NCBI GenBank assembly: GCA_964291285.2
Contig: OZ219786.1
Location: 384,001-448,000, forward strand
Direction of reading: 5' to 3'
Length of the DNA: 64,000 nucleotides
Source: Alphaproteobacteria bacterium
GTDB taxonomy: Bacteria > Pseudomonadota > Alphaproteobacteria > Bin95
The position numbers were made by a program, and so were the translations under genes. Each line of letters starts with the position of its first letter. Positions within the stretch are counted from its first letter, which is position 1. A model generated the notes under the pieces. The model saw only the letters and a program-made list of their open reading frames with translations. It was not told the origin of the DNA and did not search any database. Positions 19,881-30,280 of the stretch are shown here, piece by piece.

Positions 19881-22805
19881 ATGTCCGACACCCGTCTGAT
19901 CGAGCGCTGGCTTCCGATTGCGGCGCTTGGGATCGAGAGTGTGCGGGAGCGGACGCCGATGACGCCGTTTCCGGCGCCGAACCGTCTGCATGTCTGGTGG
20001 GCGCGTCGGCCTCTGGTTGCATCGCGTGCGGCAGTTCTGGCGTCGCTGCTGCCGGCGGATGCGGACCGCGACAGGTTCCTTCATGTGCTGGGCATTCATG
20101 GCGACCCGGTGGCTGCGAAGCGGCGGATTGCTATCGCCACTCGAAAGGGAGAACGCCTTGGAGCCGGCGCCTACGGGTACCCGCGCGCCTTTGGCTACAC
20201 GCCGGATACCGCAGACAAGGACTGGGTGTCCTCGTCGCTGCACGGAAGGATGAATGTTCTCGACCCGACAGCGGGCGGGGGCAGCATACCGTTCGAGACG
20301 GTTCGCCTCGGCCTGGAAGCTGCCGCGAATGACCTGAACCCGGTTGCAGCTCTGATCGAGCGCGCCACGCTCGAATGGCCAAGCAACTACGGGGCCGAAA
20401 TCAAGGCGGTCTTCGAGGAGGTTGGCGGCAGGTTCATATCCGCCGTTCGCGAGCGCCTTGCGGGAACTTTCCCGGCGGAACCGGAGGAGGACACCCGACC
20501 GGACGGTTACCTCTGGGCTCGGACGATCACGTGTCCGTATTGCGCGGGTCTGGTTCCTTTGTCTCCGAATTGGCGGCTGGCGCCGGACGGCACCGGGGTC
20601 CGGCTGAAGCCGGAGACGGGCGCGGGGCCGGGGTCGGCTGGCCGGGTGTGCTCGTTCGAGATCGTGAGCGATGCGCGGGACCAGTCGGCAGGCACGGTCT
20701 CGCGCGGGGCGGGGGCCTGCCCGTATGCAGACTGCGGGCGTGTCATCGACGGCGACGAGATCAAGCGCCAGGCGCGGGCCGGGGCCATGGGCGAGCAGCT
20801 CTACGCGGTGGTCTGCAAGCGGCGCGTGCCGGGCAGGATGCTGAAGTCCGGCAGGCGGGGCCGGGACAGGTGGGTGCGCGGTTACCGGGCGCCGCGGCCG
20901 GAGGACGACAACGGCGCGGCCGTCCGGGCGCGGCTCGCGGACAAGCTTCCCGAATGGGAGGCGTTCGACATCATCCCCGGCGAGCGGTTCCCCGAGGTCA
21001 GCAATGATGACCGGCCGATACAATACGGGATGCCCTACTGGCGCGACCTGTTCTCGCCCCGGCAGCTTCTGTGCCACGGCACGAGCGTCGAGATCTTCCG
21101 GGAGATGCTGGAGGCTGACCGCGAGGCCGGCAGGCTGGCCGACATCCGCCGGGCGGCGTACGGGTACCTGGCTTTGGCGTTGGATACGTTGCTCAACTAT
21201 AACAATCGGGCCGGTCGCTGGGACCAGTCAACCGGTCGCGTCCGTTCCATATTCGACCGTCATGATTTTGCCTTTGTCTGGTCTTATGCCGAAATGGCGC
21301 CTTTGGTAACCGGCGTGGGATATGACTGGACCATCGAGAAAACCGCCAAGTGCATCGACGAACTCGTGTCGCTTGTCCGTCCGCAAGCCGGCGGCGATGG
21401 CAGTCTGTTCGCCGCCGAACACAAGCCGCCTCCGGTCACCGTCACCTGCAAGTCGGGCGACAGCCTCGACCATGTCGCGGACGGCAGCATCGACGCGGTG
21501 GTCATGGACCCGCCCTATTACGACAACGTCATGTATGCGGAACTCTCGGACTTCTTCTATGTCTGGCTGAAGCGCACCGCCGGGCGTGTGTTTCCGGACC
21601 TGTTCCGGCGCGTCCTGACCGACAAGGAGAGCGAGGCGGTGGCGAACCCGGCGCGGTTCCGGGGCGAGAAGGGGGCAAAGGCGCTGGCGGGCCGCGACTA
21701 CCGGGAGCGCATGGCGTCGATCTTCGCCGAATGCCGCCGGGTGCTGAAGCCCGACGGCGTGATGACGCTGATGTTCACGCACAAGGCGACAGGGGCCTGG
21801 GACGCGCTTGCCGCGGGCCTGATGGAGGCGGGGTTCACGATCACCGCGTCCTGGCCGGTCAACACCGAAGCCGAGGGCAGCCTGCATATCCGGGACAAGG
21901 CGGCGGCGAACAGCACGGTTTTCCTGGCCTGCCGTCCGCGCGCGAACGACGCCGACACGGAGCAGGGCCTCTACTGGGAGGATGTGGAGCCGCAGGTGGA
22001 GCAGGCCGTCCGGCGGCGGATCGGTGAGTTCCAGGAGGCGGGGATCGCCGGGGTGGATCTCTATCTGGCCTGCTTCGGCCCGGCGCTCGAGGCGTTCTCG
22101 CGCCACTGGCCGCTCAGGCGCGGCTCCCCGCGCGAGATGCCGGAGGAGCGGCGCCGGCGGCGGCAAATACCGTTCGAGGACGAGTGGGACCCGTATGCGG
22201 CGACGCCGGAGGACGCACTCGACGCCGCGCGCCGCGAGGTCAAGCGCTGGCGGCTGGAGACACTGACGCACATGAAGGCCGATTCCGACCTTGACGCCCC
22301 GACCGCCTTCTTCGTGCTGGCGTGGGATGCATTCAAGGCGCCGGCGTTCTCCTATGACGAGGCGTTGCGGCTGGCCCGCGCCGTGGGCGCGGACCTCGAC
22401 CGCGGCATCGTGGGCCGGCTGGGCGAAAGGAAGGGCGGCGACATCCTGTTGTGGGACAGCGCGCGCCGGGCGGCCAAGGGAACGCTCGGCCCCGCCGACG
22501 GTTCGCGCGGCATGATCGACGCCATTCACCACGGCGCCAATCTGGCGCGCCTGCGCTCGCTGGACGCCGCCCGGGAGTTGCTCGCGGATGCGGGGATGGA
22601 CCGAAACCCTCGTTTCTTCACGGCGCTTGAAGCTGTGCTTGAGGTGCTGCCGGTGTCCGGGGCGTTCACGGGCATCGCCCTCGAAGGCGAGGCGGCGGCT
22701 TCGGGCAACGACTTCGAGGCTCTCTACAAGCTGAGCCGGCTGGCCTACAGCGAGCATGTCGATGAGCCGGAACAGCTCAGGCTCTGGCGCGACGACGAAC
22801 ACTGA
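19881..22805 (+). CDS. DUF1156-domain adenine DNA methyltransferase
   Basis: LHVWWARRPL, VLDPTAGGGSIPFE, CPYC zinc motif, MDPPYYDNV. Confidence 0.92.
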   Translation: MSDTRLIERWLPIAALGIESVRERTPMTPFPAPNRLHVWWARRPLVASRAAVLASLLPADADRDRFLHVLGIHGDPVAAKRRIAIATRKGERLGAGAYGYPRAFGYTPDTADKDWVSSSLHGRMNVLDPTAGGGSIPFETVRLGLEAAANDLNPVAALIERATLEWPSNYGAEIKAVFEEVGGRFISAVRERLAGTFPAEPEEDTRPDGYLWARTITCPYCAGLVPLSPNWRLAPDGTGVRLKPETGAGPGSAGRVCSFEIVSDARDQSAGTVSRGAGACPYADCGRVIDGDEIKRQARAGAMGEQLYAVVCKRRVPGRMLKSGRRGRDRWVRGYRAPRPEDDNGAAVRARLADKLPEWEAFDIIPGERFPEVSNDDRPIQYGMPYWRDLFSPRQLLCHGTSVEIFREMLEADREAGRLADIRRAAYGYLALALDTLLNYNNRAGRWDQSTGRVRSIFDRHDFAFVWSYAEMAPLVTGVGYDWTIEKTAKCIDELVSLVRPQAGGDGSLFAAEHKPPPVTVTCKSGDSLDHVADGSIDAVVMDPPYYDNVMYAELSDFFYVWLKRTAGRVFPDLFRRVLTDKESEAVANPARFRGEKGAKALAGRDYRERMASIFAECRRVLKPDGVMTLMFTHKATGAWDALAAGLMEAGFTITASWPVNTEAEGSLHIRDKAAANSTVFLACRPRANDADTEQGLYWEDVEPQVEQAVRRRIGEFQEAGIAGVDLYLACFGPALEAFSRHWPLRRGSPREMPEERRRRRQIPFEDEWDPYAATPEDALDAARREVKRWRLETLTHMKADSDLDAPTAFFVLAWDAFKAPAFSYDEALRLARAVGADLDRGIVGRLGERKGGDILLWDSARRAAKGTLGPADGSRGMIDAIHHGANLARLRSLDAARELLADAGMDRNPRFFTALEAVLEVLPVSGAFTGIALEGEAAASGNDFEALYKLSRLAYSEHVDEPEQLRLWRDDEH

Positions 22806-22808
22806 CCC

Positions 22809-25800
22809 ATGTTGCGGGATCGCGCATGGCGCCTGAAATACACGCCCGAGGACGGCGACCTTGTCCGGCTGTTCTACGTTCCCGCGCTTGAGGACGCGGA
22901 GCGCTACGACCGGCTGACCGGGTATTTCAACGCCGGGGCGCTGGCGCTGGCGGCGCGCGGCATCGAGGGGCTGGTGCGCAATGACGGCCGGATGCGGCTG
23001 GTGGTCGGCTGCACGCTGGGGCCGGACGAGATCGGGGCGATCCGGCGGGGGGACGACCTCCGCGCGCTGGTCGAGCGGCATTTGGCGCGCCTTCCGCTGG
23101 CCCCGCCCGACCCGGCGGCGGCAGACGCGCTGGAACTGCTGGCGTGGATGGTCGCGGGCGGGTTTCTCACGGTCAGGGTCGCCGTGCCCTGCAACGCCGC
23201 AGGAGAGCCGGTGGCCGACAGCGGGATCTTCCACGAGAAGACCGGGATCATTGAGGACCGGACCGGCGACCGGCTGGCCTGGACCGGCAGCGTCAACGAG
23301 ACCGGCGCCGGCTGGCAGACCAACTGGGAGAGCGTCAGCGTCTATACCAGCTGGGGACCTGAGCCGGGGCGGGTCGATGCGGAGGAGGCGAATTTCGCCC
23401 GCCTCTGGGCCGACAGGGCGCAGCGCGCGATCGTGCTCGACGTGCCGGAGGCGGCGCGCCGCGACCTGATGCGCTTCATGCCGAAGACGGGCCGGCCGGC
23501 GCGGCTGGAAGGGGAGCGCGCACACGAGCGGTTAAAGCCGCCCGCACGCCGCCCGGACCTCCGGCCCGATGACGGCGCCGACCCGCCGCCGGCCGGTACG
23601 CTGCGCGCGCGGGTCTGGGCCTTCATCCGGGAGGCCCCGTCGCGGCCGGGCGGCGGCGTGCGGGTTGGCGAGGCGACCGCGCCGGTCGATCCCTGGCCGC
23701 ATCAGGCGCGGGCATTCGAGCGCCTGTACGGCAACTGGCCGCCCCGGCTGCTGATCGCCGACGAGGTGGGGCTGGGCAAGACCGTCCAGGCCGGGCTGCT
23801 GCTGCGCCAGGCATGGCTGGCGGGGCGGGCCAGGCGCATCCTGATCCTGGCGCCGAAGGCCGTGCTCGGCCAGTGGCAGGTCGAGCTGCGGGAGAAGTTC
23901 AACCTGAACTGGCCGATCTACGACGGCGGCAAGCTGGCATGGCATCCCTCCCCGGCGTTGCGGGGGCGCCATGAGCGCGACGCCGGGCGCGGGGAGTGGC
24001 ATCGCGAGCCGGTGGTGATCGCCTCCAGCCAATTGATGCGCCGGAGCGAGCGGCAGGCGGAGCTGCTGGAAAGGGCGGAGCCGTGGGACCTTGTGGTGCT
24101 CGACGAGGCGCATCACGCCCGGCGCCGCGCCCCCGGCAGCCAGCAGGAAGGCGGTCCCAACGCCCTGCTCCGGCTCATGCGCGGCCTGAAGGACCGCACG
24201 AAAGGCCTGGTCCTGCTGACGGCGACGCCGATGCAGGTGCACCCCGTCGAGGTCCACGACCTGCTCGACCTGCTCGGCTTGCCGCCGGAATGGCATGAAC
24301 GGGCGTTTCTCGGCTTCTTCGACGATCTCGAACAGCCGAACCCTTCGGCGGCGGCACTGGAGCGCATGGCTTCGCTGTTCCGCGCGGCCGAGCGCGCCTA
24401 TGGCGAGGTCGGAAGAGCGGAGGCGGAACGCCTGACCGGCCTCTCCCGGTTGAAGGCCGGCAAGGCGCTGCGTGCTCTGCGCGACGAAGCGGGCATTCCG
24501 CGCCGCCGGCTTGAGAACGACGAACGCCGGGGCGCGGTCGCGCTCGCACGGGCCGGCGCCCCGGCGCGCAGGCTGATCTCGCGCAACACCCGCGAACTGC
24601 TGCGGCGCTACTTCCGGGAAGGGACGATGACGACGCCGATCGCGGAGCGCCGGGTCGAGGACCGCTTTCTCGACATGACAGACGGCGAGCGGGCGCTCTA
24701 CGACGCGGTCGAGGACTACATTGCCGGGGCATACGGCCGGGCGAGCGGGAAGGAACGCACGGCGGTCGGGTTCGTCATGACGATCTACCGCCGCCGGCTC
24801 GCCAGCAGCTTCGCGGCGCTGCGCGAGACGCTGCGCAAGCGCCGCGACGCCATCGCCGGCGACGTGCGCGCGAACCTCTTCGGCCTCGACGAGGATTTGC
24901 CGGACGACGACGCGGCCGAAGAGGCCACCGACACCGACGATGCGGCGGGCCTCGAACGCAGGGCCCTCGCCCTCGAACAGGCTGAGGAAATCGACCGCCT
25001 GCTCGGCGCGGTCGGGCAGCTTCCGCCGGACAGCAAGCTCGACAGCCTGAAGGGCGTCCTGCGCGAATTACGCCGGGACGGCTACCGCCAGGCAATGGTC
25101 TTCACCCAATATACCGACACCATGGATTTCCTGCGCGACGCCCTCCTCGAGGACGGCGAGTGGACGCTGCTGTGCTTCTCCGGGCGCGGCGGAGAGGCGC
25201 CCGGAGCCGACGGCGCATGGCGCGGCATGAACAGGGACGATGCGAAACGGCGGTTCCGCGAAGGGCAAGCCGATATCCTGCTGTGCACCGACGCCGCGGC
25301 CGAGGGCCTGAACTTCCAGTTCTGCGGCGCAGCGGTCAATTACGACATGCCGTGGAACCCCATGCGGGTCGAACAGCGCATCGGACGCATCGACCGGCTG
25401 GGCCAGACGCACGCGACCGTCCGCATCGTCAACCTGCACTGCAAGGGGACGGTCGAGACCGACATCTACCGCGCGCTCCGCGAGCGCATCGGCCTGTTCG
25501 AGACCGTGGTCGGGCGCCTGCAGCCGATCCTGGCGCGGTTGCCCGGCGCGATATCGCAAGGCGTGCTCTCGGGCCGGGGCCGGGACGCGCGCGGACGCGC
25601 CGGCCTCGTCGCCGCCATCGAACGCGAGGCGGACGACGCCCGGGGCGCAGGGTTCGATATCGATGCCCTGACGCAGGACGATCTCGCCATGCCGGTGCGC
25701 CTGCCCCCGATCGTGACCATGGAGGATCTGGACCGGATCGTCGCAGCGCCCGGCCTCATGGCGCCAGGCATCGAGGTCCGGCCGATGAGGCGGCGCGAAT

Positions 25801-25991
25801 ACGGGTTGCTGGCGCCGGGCATGAGCGAAGAGCTGCGGGTGACGACGGACCCGGAGTATTTCGAAGATCATGCCGGGAGCGTGGAGCTCTGGTCTCCCGG
25901 CAACCCCCTCTTCATCGCCCCGGAGTGCGCCGACAGCGTGGAGCCGGACCCGTCCTGCGAGACGCTGAAGGACATCCTCGACGGCGGGTGA
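22809..25991 (+). CDS. PLD-nuclease-fused SNF2 helicase
   Basis: HEKTGI...GSVNET (PLD), ADEVGLGKT, LDEAHH, LTATP, EGLNFQ, PWNPMRVEQRIGRIDRLGQ. Confidence 0.92.
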   Translation: MLRDRAWRLKYTPEDGDLVRLFYVPALEDAERYDRLTGYFNAGALALAARGIEGLVRNDGRMRLVVGCTLGPDEIGAIRRGDDLRALVERHLARLPLAPPDPAAADALELLAWMVAGGFLTVRVAVPCNAAGEPVADSGIFHEKTGIIEDRTGDRLAWTGSVNETGAGWQTNWESVSVYTSWGPEPGRVDAEEANFARLWADRAQRAIVLDVPEAARRDLMRFMPKTGRPARLEGERAHERLKPPARRPDLRPDDGADPPPAGTLRARVWAFIREAPSRPGGGVRVGEATAPVDPWPHQARAFERLYGNWPPRLLIADEVGLGKTVQAGLLLRQAWLAGRARRILILAPKAVLGQWQVELREKFNLNWPIYDGGKLAWHPSPALRGRHERDAGRGEWHREPVVIASSQLMRRSERQAELLERAEPWDLVVLDEAHHARRRAPGSQQEGGPNALLRLMRGLKDRTKGLVLLTATPMQVHPVEVHDLLDLLGLPPEWHERAFLGFFDDLEQPNPSAAALERMASLFRAAERAYGEVGRAEAERLTGLSRLKAGKALRALRDEAGIPRRRLENDERRGAVALARAGAPARRLISRNTRELLRRYFREGTMTTPIAERRVEDRFLDMTDGERALYDAVEDYIAGAYGRASGKERTAVGFVMTIYRRRLASSFAALRETLRKRRDAIAGDVRANLFGLDEDLPDDDAAEEATDTDDAAGLERRALALEQAEEIDRLLGAVGQLPPDSKLDSLKGVLRELRRDGYRQAMVFTQYTDTMDFLRDALLEDGEWTLLCFSGRGGEAPGADGAWRGMNRDDAKRRFREGQADILLCTDAAAEGLNFQFCGAAVNYDMPWNPMRVEQRIGRIDRLGQTHATVRIVNLHCKGTVETDIYRALRERIGLFETVVGRLQPILARLPGAISQGVLSGRGRDARGRAGLVAAIEREADDARGAGFDIDALTQDDLAMPVRLPPIVTMEDLDRIVAAPGLMAPGIEVRPMRRREYGLLAPGMSEELRVTTDPEYFEDHAGSVELWSPGNPLFIAPECADSVEPDPSCETLKDILDGG

Positions 25992-26175
25992 AGGGGCGCC
26001 GCAAGGCCCCCGTCTAGCGAAGTCTCAAATCCCGACGCCGAGCGGAAGGTGGCCCCGCCGCATCGCTTACGATGGCAGTCCTGAAGGGCCATTTCTCACT
26101 ATCGCCAAGCGGCGTCCACAGCCCAATCTGAAGTAGCACTTGTACAAGCCAAGGGCTGGTGGAAGAAGCGTCGTG

Positions 26176-27612
26176 TCAACAATCCGCGAGCCCTTTCGCG
26201 ACCGCATCGCGAAGATCTTCTGGAAAGAAGCACAACCGTCGACGAACATAGCTCCTGAATTTGATAGAGTCTCCTTCTGGCCTGACCCTTATCGGATATC
26301 GCTTCTCGACCGGACGCACCATTGAGGAGCTCGATGCGCGAACGATAATCTCACCGCCCAATGGAGCATCAACTCTCTTGAGCATGCTACATGTGAGCAC
26401 CGTGCTCGCACCGTGTCTAAATCTTTCGCATTCGTAAGAGATATCAGGAACTGCCCCATCGCGATCAGGTAGATTTCTCCTATAGAAATCGAATGGGTTT
26501 TTGCGACGCATATCTTGCTGCTCGAAGAAACTTAGAAAATTCGTAAATCGCTCAACTCCAGCTGGCGGTTCGGGTGCCCCGATTTTCATTTGAAGAAACG
26601 ACTGGACGAGATTGTTTTTAAGGAATCCGTATCCGTTAGACGTACTGAAAGTGATTTCGACATCCTCCGCAAACGCTTCACCAGCGTTTGCCACCTTTAG
26701 CAGCACCGGTGTCACACAACTAATTTTCTTTAATCTCTCTGGTAGCCCTCTCGACCACGCGAGCACTTCTCCTCTGTACTGCTCATACTCTTCGCAGTAT
26801 CGGTCCACATTCTCCACAGTTACTGACAAGGGGTTGACATACAAATTGAGTCTGCTTTGTGCGCTCTGCAAATTATGTCGTCGTAACAACTCGTCGCGAT
26901 CAACACCCGGATTTTCTTCGAGAATCGCTTGACCAACCCTTTCAAGAAATTCACTGGGAACCGCTTGTTCATCCAACGTCTCAAATACAACTGCGTCTTC
27001 TTCCTCTTCGTGCAAATTTAGGAATAACCTCGGCATTGCGCCAACCTGAAGCTCTAACTCCTCTATTCGCTCATCACGCCAGTCCCTCGGTTCCGTACGT
27101 CGCCATTCCTCTGCTGGTCGAGCCACGCGGATACCCATCTCACGAGCGGTTCGCCGAGCATTGTTATCGTCGGCGAGGAACACCGCATCGACAAAGACTT
27201 TGGTGAACTTCACGGCCTCAGCGACAATCAAGTCATCCGCAACTTCAAAAGACAGCTTCCCTTCGTCCAATTCATTGCGCGCATACCTCTCCATCAGACA
27301 AAGGCTTAGCTCGACATGGTCGTTTTGTAAACTCGCATTTGTCCCGTCTCCATCTTCGATCATTTTCAAGAGTTTGTTGAACTCGAATGCCCGCCGGCGA
27401 AGGCGGCCCGTTCCCCTCTTATGTTTGTCCATCTCCCTGACAACCGTTGCCGGCACGACGATCCGTACCGACCTTGCGTTCGGGCAAAAAAGCCTCCAAT
27501 TGATCCGCTCTAGGGACTGAAACTCTACTAAGACGTTGGTATCCACGACGAACGTGACGCTTTCGTCTTCGATGAGCCGATCCGACGAGTATACTGGAGA
27601 CAAGCCATCCAT
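26176..27612 (-). CDS. PIN-domain protein (putative RNase) with C-terminal extension
   Basis: FVVDTNVL, VPATVVREMDKHK, ADDLIV, FLADDNNAR; lower GC. Confidence 0.85.
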   Translation of the reverse strand: MDGLSPVYSSDRLIEDESVTFVVDTNVLVEFQSLERINWRLFCPNARSVRIVVPATVVREMDKHKRGTGRLRRRAFEFNKLLKMIEDGDGTNASLQNDHVELSLCLMERYARNELDEGKLSFEVADDLIVAEAVKFTKVFVDAVFLADDNNARRTAREMGIRVARPAEEWRRTEPRDWRDERIEELELQVGAMPRLFLNLHEEEEDAVVFETLDEQAVPSEFLERVGQAILEENPGVDRDELLRRHNLQSAQSRLNLYVNPLSVTVENVDRYCEEYEQYRGEVLAWSRGLPERLKKISCVTPVLLKVANAGEAFAEDVEITFSTSNGYGFLKNNLVQSFLQMKIGAPEPPAGVERFTNFLSFFEQQDMRRKNPFDFYRRNLPDRDGAVPDISYECERFRHGASTVLTCSMLKRVDAPLGGEIIVRASSSSMVRPVEKRYPIRVRPEGDSIKFRSYVRRRLCFFPEDLRDAVAKGLADC

Positions 27613-28482
27613 CCGCTGCTTTCCTTGAGTCTAAAGGCCCCGCTCTCGCAGACCCCAAGTTATCATCATGTTGACCTGTAACCCTTTACCTTTCCTCCTT
27701 GGGCAGGAGGAAGTCGTCTCACGCAAAACTCACCGGTTTCACTCGACTCGATCCGATCTATCCGCCGATCACGCGGTCACTCACGGTTCGGCCGTGCTTG
27801 GACCACAATGGCTTCGACACCGATGTCCGCCTCAATCATGTTCGATACCGGAGTGTGCAGGTCGACTTCGCTGTCGTCTGACCGCAGGGAAAGGACGAGG
27901 GAATAGCGTGTTCTCTGTGCCCGCACATCCGCATTCGCGCGGTTGCGCCACCAACCGCCGACCGGTTTGATGCATATGAGATTACGCGTGAGCAGATTCA
28001 CCGCTGGTCCGGTCCATTCATCGCTATGCAGGGAGCCTGCGGACATCGAGTTCGGTCCGAACAGCCACCCGTCATCGTCATTCTGCGCCCGTGGACGTTC
28101 CTCCGGGTGATCCCACGCTTCCTTGTTCACCCGCTTCATGAAATCCTGGGCCGTCTCGGAGCGTCGCTTCAAGTCGAACCGCAGCCCGTGCGACTGATAC
28201 CTGTACGGATCGAACGAAGCGGACGAACCTGGATTTGGTTCCACGAAATACGACAGCGTGACTTTCAGACTGACATCTCGGTCGCTAAGCCCTTCAAGTG
28301 CCTCACGCGGCCATGGAAGCGAATAGAAGTGGCATTCCTTCATGCCCCTTCCACTTCGACTGTAGGGCTGGATTTCCGCTTCGGAGACGAGTGCCAGATG
28401 ATTCCTCGCTGACGCTGCCGCGCGTTCGAAGGTCGGCACACCATAACCGTAGCGCCTGAGCTCGACTTTGTACAAAATTACC

Positions 28483-28770
28483 TCACGTCCATGTCCAGAA
28501 GATCTCGTTTTTGGCGATTTCGTCGAGGGCCTGTTCGAGCGGGAGCACGATGCCCCCCATGTCTCCGACGTCCTGCCAGGACTGGCGCCAGGACCAGTAG
28601 CGCACCCTCATCTTGTCACCTGAGCCTTTCGGCTGGAGCCTTGCGATCGGTGCCTGCGTGGCCGTGAGATACAGATTGTAGCCGCCGCGCACCCTGGTGA
28701 CCGTCACGCCCCCGCCCCTGGATTTGTTGAACGCTTCGATGCGCGCCAGACAGGGGTCGGATGCGGCCAT
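28483..28770 (-). CDS. IS passenger protein (DUF3024-like), copy 1
   Basis: 95 aa, PIARLQP...RVRYWSWRQSW...LEQALDEI...IFW; divergent from the transposase. Confidence 0.6.
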   Translation of the reverse strand: MAASDPCLARIEAFNKSRGGGVTVTRVRGGYNLYLTATQAPIARLQPKGSGDKMRVRYWSWRQSWQDVGDMGGIVLPLEQALDEIAKNEIFWTWT

Positions 28771-28855
28771 GAAGCAGTGATATCGGATTGGATGGCTTCT
28801 GTCGCTGCAGCGATGCTGATTCACCCGGTCGCATGCGGGCGCCCTTGCATGCCGG

Positions 28856-30262
28856 ATGCTTCTGGATTCGAAGGTCGTCATGACACATTTCGACGACCCT
28901 TCGAGCGCCATCGGCGATCCGGTTCCGCCGTTCCTGATCGACTGGCTGGAGCCCTTTCGAGGCGCCTTCTCATCCCCGACCTGGCGGCTGGTGGCGGTTC
29001 TGGTCATGGGAGCGTTGCTGGCGCCGGGCAAGAGAACCGTGTCGGCCTGCCTGCGGGTGACCGGGCGGGCGATGTGCGAGACATTCTCGTCCTACCATCA
29101 GGTTCTCAATCGCGCCCGCTGGGACCCGCGTGACCTTTCACGCCGGCTCGTGCTCGTGCTGGTGGCGCGGCTTGCCGGGCAGGGACCGATCATCATCGGG
29201 CTCGATGACACCATCGAGCGCCGCTGGGGCGCGCGTATCAAGGCGCGCGGCATCTATCGCGACCCGGTGCGTTCCAGCCATGGCCATTTCGTCAAGACCA
29301 GCGGGCTGCGCTGGCTCAGCTTCATGCTGCTTGTCCCGCTGCCCTGGTCGCCGGGCATCAGGGCCCTGCCCTTCCTGACCATCCTGGCCCCGTCCGAACG
29401 CTTCGCCGCCAGGCAAGGCCGGCGTCACAAGCAACTCACCGACTGGGCGCGACAGGGCATGCTTCAAATCCTTCGCTGGGTCCCGCAACGCGCGATCGTC
29501 TTCGTCGCCGACAGCAGTTTCGGAACCCACGAACTCGCCTGGCGCATCGGACAGCGCGCAACCCTCATCAGCAGGCTGAGGCTCGATGCCAACCTCTTCG
29601 CGCCCCCGCCGCCGCGCGACCCGAACAAACGCGGTCGACCCCGGCAAAAGGGGCCGCCCCTGCCCAAGCTCCAGACCCGCCTTGACGACCCCGATGCCCG
29701 CTGGACAAGCATCACGCTTCCGCGCTGGTACGGAAGTTCGAAGGAAAAGACACTCCAGATCATCTCCGATACCGCGCTCTGGTATCGTCCCGGCACACCT
29801 CCCAAGGCCATCCGATGGGTGCTGGTGCGAGACCCGGAAGGCGAGCGGGACCCGCAGGCGTTCTTCTGCACCGACACCAACATGGAGCCGGCCAAGATCA
29901 TCGCCACCTTCGTGCGGCGCTGGCAGGTCGAGGTCACCTTCCAGGAACTGCGCGCCCATCTCGGGCTCGAAACACAACGCCAGTGGTCACACGCGGCGAT
30001 CGCACGAACCACCCCCGTCCTCTGCGGGCTCTACAGCCTCGTCTGCCTCTGGGCCACAGACGTGCTCTCGACAAACCACCTGTCCTACGCCGCCGCCTGG
30101 TACCAGAAAACCAGCGTCACATTCTCCGATGCAATCGCGGCCATACGATGCCAACTCTGGCTTGGAAACAATTTATCGCGCTCCCCGCCACACCGGGAAC
30201 CAAACATAATTCCGCCCGACAAGATAAGGCGGATGCAGTACGCCCTCTGCTTCGCAGCATAA
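28856..30262 (+). CDS. IS701-like DDE transposase, copy 1
   Basis: GLDDTIERRWG, RDPVRSS, VADSSF, RRWQVEVTFQELRAHLG. Confidence 0.9.
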   Translation: MLLDSKVVMTHFDDPSSAIGDPVPPFLIDWLEPFRGAFSSPTWRLVAVLVMGALLAPGKRTVSACLRVTGRAMCETFSSYHQVLNRARWDPRDLSRRLVLVLVARLAGQGPIIIGLDDTIERRWGARIKARGIYRDPVRSSHGHFVKTSGLRWLSFMLLVPLPWSPGIRALPFLTILAPSERFAARQGRRHKQLTDWARQGMLQILRWVPQRAIVFVADSSFGTHELAWRIGQRATLISRLRLDANLFAPPPPRDPNKRGRPRQKGPPLPKLQTRLDDPDARWTSITLPRWYGSSKEKTLQIISDTALWYRPGTPPKAIRWVLVRDPEGERDPQAFFCTDTNMEPAKIIATFVRRWQVEVTFQELRAHLGLETQRQWSHAAIARTTPVLCGLYSLVCLWATDVLSTNHLSYAAAWYQKTSVTFSDAIAAIRCQLWLGNNLSRSPPHREPNIIPPDKIRRMQYALCFAA

Positions 30263-30280
30263 TGCACAAAGTCGAGCTCA

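Larger units (their letters stand above)
28461..30276 (+). mobile_element. IS701-like element, copy 1
   Basis: 1816 bp; ends CTCGACTTTGTACA / TGCACAAAGTCGAG; flanked by CTGAG / CTCAG. Confidence 0.9.

Noticed and set aside
21228-25871. Long Arg/Ala/Pro-rich antisense ORFs here and throughout the window
   Set aside because: Typical high-GC shadow frames opposite well-supported genes.
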